Shown in pieces: positions 25,689 to 38,035 of a stretch of 64,000 nucleotides of DNA. Position 1 is the first letter of the stretch; each line of letters starts with the position of its first letter. This DNA is from Ramazzottius varieornatus (lineage: Eukaryota; Animalia; Tardigrada), in contig BDGG01000019.1 in the NCBI GenBank assembly GCA_001949185.1, positions 337,231 to 401,230 on the forward strand. Reading direction: 5' to 3'. A program made the position numbers and the translations under genes. The notes under the pieces are model-generated. The model ran no database searches, was not told the origin of the DNA, and saw nothing but the letters and a program-made list of their open reading frames with translations.

Positions 25689-27221
25689 ATGGATCATGCA
25701 TTCCACTCTCCAGACACGCTGACCGTCCCCGTCGAGTCCAAGAAGCCTATAACAGCCTACAACCTCGAGACCAATTCACATACCTTCGGCAATGTGAAAG
25801 TGACCGTTACGAAAGGCCCGATGCTGAGCTCGCAGTGCCAGTGCTCGTCGTTGAAGACGAATCCGGAGGAGATAGCTGGTGGAGATGGCGAGCAACGCTG
25901 CGTCTTTTGCAGGTATGAGCCTGTGGGGCAATTTAAATGAATCTGCCACCGATTGATTCCCATGCAGAAAGGCGAGACCTAATCTTGACCGACTCACCCG
26001 CACGGCCCTTCAAGGTCCATTCCACTTTACCTTTACGTGTTACTGTTGCAGGTACGAGCCGAAGATCACGTTGAAGCATCTACCAGATATGGTCTTCGTT
26101 CAGAATCGCTTGGTGGTCGCGTTCTTCTGGGGTAAATTTGGGATAGAATTCAACGCAGTGGACGCCGTGAATTCCATCAGGGATACTCCTACCACGGACG
26201 CGCGGGTGGCTTCCGCTGAGGTCTGGCAGGCCGCAAGGTATTCATGAGTCTTTCCTGTGTTCCACATGTTTTGTCGAAACGCGCGTCGGATCTCCATCAC
26301 GGAGACGGTTATCACTTTCTAGTCATTTTCTCCTCGTTTTTAGGTCGGAAAGTCTGAAGACTCACACGACGCATGCCGTCCAGTATGACTGGACTTACAC
26401 CCCGCATTACCGCGGAACGATCTTCGGACAAGGGCTGAAAGTCGAGGCAAGCCTAAAATACGATTTTCTAGAATAGTTTTCTACGGTCCTAAGTGGTGCA
26501 CCCACTCAGCTAACAAGACGATTTCGAAATGAGGTTGTTCTCCAGCCAACGGATCTGCAACTAGATATGAATCTCCTAACGAAGAAGGATCCTGTGATGT
26601 TCTTCGACGAACTACAGCTGTATGGAGATGAGTTGGATGACAACGGATGCGCCGAACTTGAGATCAAGATCGTAAGTCTATATGCTTAATCTTTTTTTTC
26701 ACTAAAACCCCGATTAAACGACGTTCCTTCTTTTCGTTCCAGAGAATCGTCGAATCGTACATGTTCATCCTTCTGAGGTTCTACCTCCGTGTCGACCACG
26801 TAATGGTCAGGATTCAAGACACACGGCTTTTTCTCGAGGTTCGTTAACTTCGTTTACCGTTTCGTAGGCAAACAAACTCGACAAGATTGTTTTTCCCAGT
26901 AGCGTACCCATTCAGCCAAAAACACAGAAAACGTACGCCATGCGGCATACCAATCTTGCCGAGTATGTTTTCCGATCTTCCAAACATTCCAACTGTAGCA
27001 GTGTATTTACAGAAAGATAAACCCTACATGTTGAGGGAGTTCTCCGTCAGAGAATCGAGCATCTCTAATTTACCGGTAACTTTTCCTTCGCTTTTACCTT
27101 ACATCCTGCTGGACGAAAGGTTTCTTGTCTGTAGTCGAACGTCTCCCCGATGGATGCGTCTGCAGTCTGGCAAGCACTCCAGCCACAACAAGTTGTGGTG
27201 GAGAAGATCACATTCTCGTAA
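25689..27221 (+). CDS. TIPRL: TIP41-like protein, multi-exon
   Basis: LPDMVF...GIEFNAVDA; YDWTYTPHYRGT; DPVMFFDELQLYGDELDDNG; LLRFYLRVDHVMVRIQDTR. Confidence 0.93.
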
Positions 27222-27550
27222 CGCAAGAAGATTTAGCAGTTTTGTGCGTATGTACGACCCCTTATTAATACCTTCCCTAAAGACTCTTCCTGAAAGGTTA
27301 GTCAATGTTGTTGTTATTCCAGTCTAATTTTTATCGTTGTTTTGCTGACGCTTCCATTCTTGAACAGTTCTCACGAAAGCGAAATGCCAATTTTAGACAC
27401 GTTCTGATTAACACAGAGAGAAGAAACTCTTCTAGCTTACAGCAGCAATAAATCATCAACAAATAAACACCAGACAAAAAAACAATCAGCTCATATGAGA
27501 CCGAAGATGATTTCAAAAATTCAACCAAAAGTCAGATAAAAGCGCAGGTT

Positions 27551-29333
27551 TTAGTATACGAAATGGAGGTTCTTCGGGGATTTGTGGACTGGGATTTCGC
27601 TGGAGAGAAGGTGGGAGTCGCTTTCTTCATTTGCCCTTTTGCGGTTCGCGTGACAAGCGCAATAGCATTCGACGAAGCTGGTCTGCACTTCCTTGTCGCT
27701 CCTCAAGTTCGATCCTTCCTTCTGCTCCACGATCTTGCTGACATCCACCAAAGTGATGTCGCCCAGGACGCTGCCTTCACTGTCCGTGTTCTCTTCGTGA
27801 CAGCTTATGAACGAGGCATCAATGGCGGAAATATTCGGCTAAATACAGAAAAACAGAATGAAATTAGATTTTGCAGAAAAACAGGGCAAAGGTTTTGCGC
27901 TTGATCGTTTACCCAAATGGCGCATGATCAGAGCCACCAAACTAGCAAAGTGCATCACTTGGAAAAACGATCTTTTCCAGTTTGTCCGTCAAGTAGCGCA
28001 GGAGCTTGATTAACACCCTGATTACCACCGTACTCACTGTGAGTACAATACGACACTTTTCCGCTCCCCATAATTTCCATTTCCCCCGGTTTGAATCAAA
28101 CTTTTTTTCTTTGCCTGGTCTTCGGTATTATCACCGAAACGCAGCTGATGACCACTGGTCAGTACAACTTCCGCAGGCTGGAAAAAATCCTTACGATTTC
28201 GGGCAGTTTCGGGGGTATTTTAGGTTTCATGTCTTTGCTCCAGATACACACCAACCATCTGTTTAGAAAAAAATTGAAACACTGAGGAGGGCTTCCTCTA
28301 CCGATACTAGGCCTGGGACAAACTTGGTGTCATCGGTGCGTCCAGAAGAAAATTAAAACGGCCAGGGCTACTTTTCCCACGTTGGCCTTTACGGCCTGCC
28401 AATCTTCACAATTTCGAAATTCTCAAAGTTGTCTATTGGTTAATTTGGGTTACGCCTTCCATCATCCTCCAGTTAAAGTTCTGTGCTCACAGTGAATACG
28501 CTGGTAATCTGCCGACACAAAAAGCTTCGTATTCAGGGTGTTAGTAACAATAGAAGAGTGCGTCACTTGAGATAACGATTTGCGCGAATTCGTTTTTCGA
28601 CTTCCCGTTTACTGCAGAATCACATCCCGAATATCTAAAGAAATACGAAGTACTGTCATTTCAAAATTTACCCCGCGGTTATATTCTTCCATAGCTCGAT
28701 TCGGATCCGTTGGTGTGCTGATGAATCGAAGCGGCTCGCTGTTCTTGAAAGAAGACTGTTGCGACAGCGAATCCGAAGACTGGCTCGCCATGAAATTACA
28801 CCCACTGCCGGCTTGACTGATCGGTGACATACCCGGACTTTCCAACTGAAAACCATCCACGGACTTCAGACTGCTGTCTGGAGCGAGAGGGAAGTGCGGA
28901 GAGGGAACCTGATAGAGAGGTGTAGCCTTGAGAACCTTCTTGCGAAGAACGGTTATAGCGCGACGACGGAAGAATTTGGGCTTGCCTTCGACCAGGTCCG
29001 GTGTGTCCTTGAGTTCTGGAGAGTCGCAGGTGAAGGTGGAGCCGAGAATGTCCGGGTTGAGGATGGTGTCGGAGGCGTCGCGGTCGCGCATAACGTCGGG
29101 CGAGGTGTACCAGTCGTTAGAGTTCTCCTCGTTCTCCCACACTGATGACGGTGTTCCGACGTGGAAAGTCTTCTTCTTGAAGATGAAGGTTGCACCTGAA
29201 ATTAGAGAAAGAAGTGAAGAAAAGCGACTAATAGTCTACCAGTTGGACGGGAATAAAGCTCGCTAAAATGTTACACGATACCGTCTTTAGCTTCCGGGAT
29301 GTATTCCTCCATCGAGTTGCTCCCTTCGGCCAT
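27551..29333 (-). CDS. Uncharacterised Ser/Pro-rich protein, probably 3 coding exons
   Basis: ATG at 29333; exon 1 splices in frame to the 28609-29195 ORF; terminal exon ends ...KNLHFVY*; no recognisable domain. Confidence 0.6.
28014..28540. mobile_element. piggyBac-like MITE, copy 2 (527 bp), intronic
   Basis: Same sequence and orientation as 19224-19750; flanks TTAA (left) and TTAG (right). Confidence 0.8.
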
Positions 29334-29760
29334 GCTCAATGTGAGTGCCGTAGCTTGAGACTTTGTGAAGAGCCTGTAAATAAAACAGAAAGATGAAGTA
29401 AAACGAGCACAGCTGCGGTGATGAGTGAAACAGAAAATGAAAACCACAGCAGTTCGAAGTTTCGAACGGCAGTCCAAAGCTTTGTGCAGTCCTCCACTTG
29501 CGATCTCAACTCTCAATGGAGGAAGTGGCCGCAAAGCGCCATCTGGATGTTGCTCCCCCTCTCTAATAAAACCGGCCAGTGGGACACAATCACAGGTGTG
29601 ACTTTCTACCTCGTGCACCTACGCACAAAGCTCACATAACTTCGCACAAGTGTTTGTACGTTTGTGCGTGATTGTTTGACGTATTCCTCATGACATCAGA
29701 AAGCTTTCGTCAGACACCAGTTTACTCATTTGAATTTCGTCATTCAGCTGTCTCGGCCTG

Positions 29761-32700
29761 ATGTTGGCACTGCGAAGAAGCTTTTTCTACTTCACAAGAT
29801 CCATCCGTTCGTTCTCTTCCACAGGTATAATATTCCGGCAACGCAGGATGGAGGCAGCGGTTCAGGAGACAGCTAATGTGGACGGGAAGAAGCCAGGCAA
29901 GGAGAATGGCAAGCAGAGAGGCTCCGGTGACGCTAAGCCCAAGAAGACGAAGGAGCAAAACGGCACCGACGTGGCAGCTACTTCTGTCGAGATGAACCCT
30001 TGGCCTGCGTACATCAACGATCGAATCAAGCTGTGGGACAAGCTGAAAACAGAATACGACGCCAGTGTAGCTGCCAAGACGCCAGAACCCATCAAGATTA
30101 GTCTGCCTAAACCCAAAGCTGTCGCTGTCCAGCCTACAGAGAAAGTCGACGGTGAACAGGCTGAAGGCGACGCTGACCAGCCCAAAGAAAATGTCGCGGT
30201 GGACGGGGCTGTGAGCAAGTTGGAGGAACCACAAGGGAAGATTGTGGACGGACAGTCGTGGCGCACTACCCCGTACCAAGTCGCGCAAGGCATCTCACAG
30301 GGTCTCGCCGACAGTGCCATCGTAGCGAAAGTCATCACCGAAGTTGATGGAGTGCCTGTTGAAGAGCTCTGGGATCTCGATCGACCACTAGAGCAAAGTT
30401 GCAGGTTGGAGCTGCTGAAGTTTGACAGCAAGGAAGGGAATGAAGTTTTCTGGCACAGCAGCGCTCATATTCTAGGTACTTGTTTTGAATTACCTCGCAG
30501 TGCATTTTTGCTCCATGTGTAATAATCAATCAAATCAACAATAATAGCGAGTTTTGAAATCAGCAGCACTTGGTCGGTTGATTGCTGATTCGTTCGATTT
30601 GGCAGGTGAAGCCGCAGAGAGACATTATGGAGGATGTCTTTGTCATGGTCCTCCAGTCAAGGATGGCTTTTTTTACGACATGTTTGTAGAAGGCAGACAA
30701 GTGTCGAGCGCGGAATTTCCCGGTCTGGAAAAGACTATTGCGACTATAGTAAAGGAAAAGCAACCCTTCGAGCGACTGGAGATGAGGAAGGAAGATTTGC
30801 TGGAGATGTTCCGTTACAACCCCTTCAAACTTCGATACCTCGACCAGATTAAAGAACCATCGACCACAGTGTACCGATGTGGACCATTAATCGACTTATG
30901 TCGTGGTCCACACGTACGCAACACTGGTAGAATAGAAATCCTGATCAAAGATCAATTAAAACGAGTGATAGAATTAACTTTTTTGGTTTTTTCAGGCAAA
31001 GTCAAATCCATGCAGATCACCAAAAGCTCTGCCTGTTACTGGGCTGGTGACTCCAACGCGGAATCCCTTCAGCGCATCTACGGCATCTCTTTCCCTGATA
31101 CCAAGTTAATGAAGGAATGGCAGTTCCGGATGGAAGAAGCCGCTAAGAGGGATCATCGCAAGATCGGTAAAGAACAAGAACTCTTCTTTTTCCATGAAAT
31201 GAGTCCTGGCAGCTGCTTTTTCCATCCTCGTGGCGCACACGTCTACAACACCCTTGTCGAGTGGATTCGCCACGAATACCGTAAACGAGGCTTTCAAGAG
31301 GTACATCCAGCTGTAGAGTCAAAGCTACCCTTTCTCTACGAAATTACCTGTCACGTTTGTGCCGGGTACGGCCCTGACAGGTTATTGGCGTAGATTATGG
31401 TGATCATAATGGCAGACAAACTTGACAAGATTGTTTTTCCATGTGGTTCATGGTTTCAGTATTATTGGCTGGAAGAGTGCGCCACTTGAAGAAACTATCT
31501 TTCCGAGTTTGTTTGCCCACGTCTCTCCACCACTGCGAGCTCAACTCATGGTTGTTTGTCACAGGTTATTTCGCCCAACATGTATAACAGCAAGTTGTGG
31601 GAGCTCTCTGGGCATTGGCAGCACTACGCCGACAACATGTTCCAGACGGAAGTGGAGAAGGAGAAGTTCGCTCTCAAGCCCATGAATTGTCCTGGCCACT
31701 GTCTCATGTTCGCCCATCGTCCACGGTCCTGGCGGGAGCTGCCATACCGTATGGCGGACTTTGGTGTACTTCACAGAAACGAACTGTCCGGAACCTTGAC
31801 GGGCTTGACCAGAGTGCGCAGGTTCCAGCAGGACGACGCCCATATTTTCTGTGCACCCGAACAGATCAGACAGGAAGTGAACGGTGCACTGGATTTCCTC
31901 AGTCACGTCTACGGGGTGTTTGGTTTCCAGTTCAGTCTTAAGTTGTCTACTAGGCCGGACAAGTTCTTGGGAGAGAAGGCGGTGTGGGATAACGCTGAGG
32001 CGCAGTTGACTGCATGTCTTAATGTACGTTTAGGAATTGAACAATAAAATTTTGTGTTGAAGAGTCGTTTTCCAAAGTGGCGCATTTTTTCCAAGCCAGG
32101 ACCAATGGAAAGGTGCGCCACTTAAAACGACGTCCATGTTCAGTTCGTATGTTAACTTCCCAGTTGACGAATTGAATTCTAACGAGTTCCTTTGCTGTTT
32201 GCAGGAGTTCAACCAGCCTTGGGAGTTGAATCCGGGTGATGGAGCTTTCTACGGACCGAAGATCGATATTACCATCATGGACGCACTCCAACGCCACCAC
32301 CAATGTGCTACCATTCAGCTTGACTTCCAGCTTCCTATCCGCTTCGATCTGAACTACAACGCACACGACGGGAAGGAGAAAAGACCTGTCATCATTCATC
32401 GCGCCGTATTAGGTGAAATTTGCTGGTCCTTCAGAATCGTTTTAGTTTAAAACTGTAGTATTTATTGGGATGCAGCCAACGAAATTAGTAAAGAATAAGG
32501 GCTTACAAAGACTAAGCTGGCTTCGTGGTGTAATTACACCAGCTACTTTAGTGGATACGCCAAGAGAATTTTTTTGTCCAGTTGGGAAAGCGGTGTAACG
32601 GCTCGCTTTGAAAGCCCCGCACTGCAGGTAAGTACGATTGGAGGATTATGAGATCTTTGATGTCGGAGGAATCACCATACACTCACCAGTAGGACGAGTA

Positions 32701-33544
32701 GCGAGAAACTTCGTCATGGAAGTGACATTTGAAAGTTTGGAGGGGAGCATAGCACACTCGGGATGTTGGTCAATTCTGAACGACTCGCTCCGGAACGACT
32801 CGTAATCACACCGAAAGTGTAATGTCTGGTGGAATGAATAGGCCAATCGTAAGGGTGTGGGTGGAGCCAACTACACCAGCGCTGTAATCCATCTTTGTAA
32901 GCCCTTAATGATGTTGTTGTGTTTTCAGGTTCGGTTGAGCGAATGATAGCCATCTTAACCGAGAGTTTCGGCGGAAAGTGGCCTTTCTGGCTGTCTCCTC
33001 GTCAGGCATGTATGGTTACAGTAGCAGCTGAGTTCGAGGACTACGCCATGAAGGTACTGTAACTGTGGTTATGAAAACCAAGGCAGGTTTTTTGGGACGC
33101 TGGCAAATGAACTGAACAAGATCGTGGTCTCGAGCGGTGCACTGTTTCATTTTCGTTGGCTGGAACTGTGCGCCACCTGAGAAAAACTATCAAGTTAAAG
33201 TCATTTGCTGGTGTCTTGTTTTCGGACTGGAAAACTCGTTCCGAAATAGTGGGCAGTCATGCAGTGTATCGCTCATTGATATTCAGGTGAAGAATACGTT
33301 GTATGAAGCCGGTTTCATGTGCGACGCCGACGCGGGTTCGGGTGATACTATGAACAAGAAGATTCGCAATGCTCAACTGGAGCAGTACAACTACATTCTC
33401 GTTGTCGGCAAGTCGGAGCAAGAGAAGGGAACCGTCAACGTTCGGTCGAGAGACAATACGATTATAGGTGAGATTCCCGTAAACGAACTTGTAATTCGCT
33501 TCAACCGACTGAAAGAGAGTAAGTCCAACACGGAAGAACTATGA
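29761..33544 (+). CDS. TARS: Threonine--tRNA ligase, multi-exon
   Basis: TGS ([10 protein letters not shown]...LWDLDRPLE), [72 protein letters not shown], anticodon domain [18 protein letters not shown]. Confidence 0.98.
32497..32906. mobile_element. MITE in a TARS intron
   Basis: TIR AAGGGCTTACAAAGA / TCTTTGTAAGCCCTT; AAT flanks on both sides (a TA reading is also possible). Confidence 0.7.
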
Positions 33545-34236
33545 TTCTTCAAAAGATCTTTTATACCGTTGCTGTACTGTTTTATTCCTTTCATCTTGGC
33601 TACCTGTTAGAATTCTCATATTCGCCAGCCTGATATGTGACTGTTTCTGAACCTGTTTCTGGATCATTACATAAAAGTAGGAATAAATTGTGTTGATTTT
33701 CTCTTGAACTTTGGGGTGGCGAAACAAACAGCCGGCTCCGCATACCTGCATACACTACTAGGGTACCGTAGTCATGTCGAGGAACTATGCACGTTCTCGG
33801 AATGAGTCTATTATTTGCGGATAACCCCTGACACACATGCCGACAAGAAAGTGTTTACGAAGTCACGCCTGACAAGATTAGATGCAATGGTTAACAAAAG
33901 GAATGCTCTTCATGCTGAAAAAAAATTAGATATCACACTAATCTGAAAGTAACTATTTTCTAAAACCAAAAGCACCGTTCAGGCTGTCCACGTATTGGAA
34001 ATCTTCGAACACAGTTCTCTCTCTACCTCAATAAAACGCTCTGTACTTCGATGTGTACTTTGGAAAAGGCGACCACAGCAAACGCCACAAGGTTAATTAA
34101 CACAAAATAAAACATTTGAAAGAAAAGGCGTTTTATTACAAGAAAAAAATGGAAGGCGAGAAATTTGGCCGCTGCTTTGGACTGAAAGACCTGCCAGACA
34201 GGTTACGTGTTGAAGGTTTCTCGGAATGGTCACTGA

Positions 34237-36881
34237 TCACGAAAGGACTTCCGGGTCCATCTTTAGACCACTGGGCTTAATCATCACAGCGTGTCCATTC
34301 GTCAGCATCTTCTGGCTGTCGCGCTGGCGAATCAGGGACTGGATGTGTCCCAAAAGGTGTTGAAAGAAATTTGGGACACCATCGTAACCTAAGCAGAGCG
34401 GAAAAAGTTGGGATAATGAGGCATAGGCGAACATACCGAGATCGTTTTCAGGTGGCGCACGCCCACAGCCAACAAACTGGAACCATGCGCCACTTGGAAA
34501 AGCAATAAAGTCGACAAAATTGTTTCTCCAAGTGCCGCACTTTTATAGCCAAAAAACACAGAGAACGTGTGCCACTTGTTCAGACGATTTTGTCGGGTTT
34601 GTCAACCTAATTCTAAATCAAACTTTCAAGGTCCTTACTGGGAAAAGCGTTGACGTCGATGATGGCATATCGACCCGAAGCCTTCTCGACGATCAGATCG
34701 ATGCCGATAAGCGACAACCCAAACTGTTTACGAACACCGCGAACGATACGCTGGACGATCTTTGAGTCGAGCTCGAAGACGGGCTTCGCAGAGACGGAAG
34801 TCGGTGAAATGCTGGACTGAAACTTGGTTGAAGGGTCTTCATACAACCAACTGGCACTGGAAATGTTCTGGCTATCAAAGACGACAGGAGGGAGATCTAC
34901 AAAAGGAAATGGTAGGATAAGATGATTGAGAGAAATAGTTGATCGAGTTGTTTACCAGTAGAATGGAAGTTTTCGAAAGAAGGACGTCGAACCACGTAAA
35001 AGTTGTCGGCGATCACAAAGACTTTGTACAGGACAGCGTCGTGGTTGACGAAAGACTGAGCGACACAGGGAACTTTGATACTCTGCAGACCGGCAGCGTT
35101 GAAAATGATCATCATGCGGTGAGCGTCAGAAGAGCCGTGAGCTTGCTGGGCTTTGCAGACGATGGGGAAACTAACTTCTGCACGACGAAGGTCCTCAAGC
35201 ATCGACTCGGGATCCGTCGAGTAGAGTTCGATGAAGTTCGGCGTGAAGACCATTTCTGCAAAAGAAGCAAAGTTATTAACTTCGGATCGCATCACTGAAA
35301 CATTGGGGATGTCGAGAATGGGAGACCACCGTATGAGATGTAAGATGATCGCTTCAAGTAGCGCACGATCCCAGCCATAATAAATTAACACGTGCGCCAC
35401 TTAAGAGGATCGCCCAGACAAAACGATATTATAGAAAATATTGCGGCAAAGATCACTTTTTGTTTTTTGCGTCTCGAAAAGTTTTATCGGGAGAATAATT
35501 TGGAATTTTGGGAGGAGGAATTACCGTGGTTGATGCAGGCTTCGCTGGTAGCGATCAGATGATACTGTCGTTGACGCAGCAACAGTTTCTTCAGGTTATC
35601 GATGGGATCAATGACGATGGTCTCCGGATGGCTTTTCATGTATGACTAGAAGAAAAAGATAAGTTCAAAGATAAGCCAAGTAAACTCAGATACGGCGAGT
35701 GCGAGTCTCCAGATAAGAAACCGAAGACGCTAGCGGCATTACAAACCACGAACCCCCTACCTCCAGAACACGGAACAGCTCGACCTCCTGCGAATCATCC
35801 ATGTTGTCCTGCTCGGCCTTGACGATAATGTCGGTCAGTTTGTGAAGAAAGATATCAAACGGTCCTTGTTGATCCAACGGTCGTTTGAAATCAATCTGCA
35901 AAGCAAGCTCGATGGAAAAATGTACCTGCTTTGCACCAACCTGCATACACGAGCCACATTGGGAGCGCGAGGATTGATGTACGCAGGTGAGACCGCCTGC
36001 GTGATCAGCAGTTCGGGAAAAATGCATGATCCAGCTTCTGAAAGTCTATCGAGGCTTCCGGAGAGTAAACAGAAGCGCTCATTCATTTTTATTGCCTTGA
36101 ACGCATTTAATGGCTTTGGATAAGCACTTGACAGTGAATTAGAACGGCGCTTCGGCTGGTGTCAAGTAGCTCTCAAACAGGTGGTTCTTCTGGTTACGTA
36201 AGCTCAAGACACGAACTTCTGATCAAAAGTCGACCATGCCTCGACATCGCAAAAGAACAGAAATTTTCAGTACGGACTAGATTTTCCAGACAATTACATC
36301 CTGATTTGGGAATTTCTATCAGTCTACTCCCTGCTTCACGCTAAGAAAGGCAGCAAAAGAGTCACCAGTCAAAATGCCCTTGGGAATGTTATTCGTATTC
36401 TGACCATCCATCACGCCAACATTGGAAGTAAATCCTTCAGCTGAGGGATGATTAGCATTCCCTGAAGCACTTAGCACTCCGAAGCAGCTTAAGTCACCCT
36501 AGTCTCCAACATAAAACAGTGCTTCGTATAATGGATCACCCTGCTAAACTAGCGCGTGACGTCATAGACCACCAGCCCGAAAGCAGAGACAGAAGTTTTC
36601 GCATTGCGCGAATATAACTGGGAAATTCATTGTGACGCTCTTACCTGAACCAGCTCGAATCCTCCATTTCTGTGCCAGAAAAGATAAAAGTAAAACAGCC
36701 AATCCACAGACAATTGTCCAGGCTTTTTCACTCACCGACAAACACGGGAGAAAACGTTCATATCCATCTTTTTCAGCTTCTTGGCGCTCATCCAGTATCC
36801 GATGCGTGGAATGGCTGGTTGCGGAAATGCTCCCGCCGCTGCGTATCGCTTCTTCCAGTTGAGCAGGCTCCCCGAATCCAT
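34237..36881 (-). CDS. ITPK1: Inositol-tetrakisphosphate 1-kinase, multi-exon
   Basis: RIGYWMSAKKLKK; QGPFDIFLHKLTD; FPIVCKAQQAHGS...QSFVNHDAVLYKVFV...VVRRPS; GLSLIGIDLIV...IIDVNAFP(S/G)YDGV. Confidence 0.95.
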
Positions 36882-38035
36882 GTTGCCACAAGGAATCAAC
36901 GAAGAAACTGGACGAGGAATGCAAGAGAACGGCTATAACATGAGACAACAACTAGCGCTGCTCATGAGGAAGGTGCAGCGATGACTGACGCATCGTCCAT
37001 GTGGATCACTTCTCCGCTTCGGTTGACTGATGTCTCGTTACGCGGAGATCCACGGGTGTGATATGGCTTACATATTCATGGGAGCAGATTAAACATCGTG
37101 ATTCACCTATCAAAATGGCCTGCTGCACTAGCCAGAGCAAAAACCTCGAATGAGTGGCGCGAGAAACAGCTTGCGGAGAATTTGCTCACCAATGTCAGGG
37201 TGCCAATGTTTACCAATTTGATGCGGCCCCAAGCGGCCAAGCGGTGCGCCCAACACCCTCCATACTATCCAGTGCAAAAGTTAAGTAGCGGCATCAGTAA
37301 ACCTTTTACAAAGGGTGGGCCAAGTGATGGCGTATCACGTGTATTCGCTTCGACCCTCCGGTGTGTACTGTACTTCGGTTTGCATCTTCTCGAGGTCTTT
37401 GATGGTATTCTTGGCTGGTACCTTGACCGACTGGTACCGAACCGTCCCTCACACAATACGAGAATGCCATGGGCAACGGTCAAGGCTCTGGTCGGGGAGA
37501 GAAGGTTCTTCTACTACACAGTAAGCGATGAGGACCTGAGGTACCCGGTAAAGAGACCGGCTCTGGGTAGGTTCTGGACAGCGAAAAATTCGGCATTTCT
37601 GGTACGGGTATCTTTGGAGCAAGAATGACTGCAGCCCAGGTAAATGATTCTCGTTATTGATTATAAAGTTCTGTTTCAACACTGCCTCGCTGCAGCCAGC
37701 AGCAGTAAGTTTATTCTGGTGTGAGCGTTTCCAGATTACATAGACGACAGAAACAAAAGAAAATTTAAAGATTAATTTTGTACGCACTTTTATTTTTCAG
37801 CTAAAGCTATTGTTTGAACTCCGGAACCAATTAGCCATACTTATCGGCACACAGAGCGACAAGAGAAGAAACATGAAATTGGAACTGACCAACCAACTCT
37901 TCGGGCGACGTTCGCAGGTCCATCAAAGCCGTACCTGCAAATTAAAACCCATCATCAAAAAACCGAAATGCAATAAGTTATCGTATACTGCGTTCACTTA
38001 GCGGTACATGGTAACGAAAAAGTTGTAATGGCCTC

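Larger units (their letters stand above)
148..35988. repeat. Dispersed inverted-repeat family B: ACCTGCATAC-N30-GTATGCAGGT (about 7 copies; coordinates span first to last copy)
   Basis: Copies at about 148, 10066, 12295, 13404, 13493, 33743, 35939; spacers 29-31 nt with no evident mutual similarity. Confidence 0.75.

Noticed and set aside
25820-25915. Cys cluster in the TIPRL N-terminus
   Set aside because: To my recollection invertebrate TIPRL proteins have similar Cys-containing inserts, so there is no sign of novelty.
19224-28540. LTR retroelement or composite transposon bounded by the 527-bp direct repeats
   Set aside because: Each repeat has its own TIRs and TTAA-like flanks, there is no gag/pol, the interior holds the housekeeping gene TIPRL, and copy 2 is an independent insertion into a palindrome.
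37098-37628. 176-aa ORF upstream of ITPK1
   Set aside because: No recognisable domain or ATG-led gene structure; likely promoter or UTR sequence.
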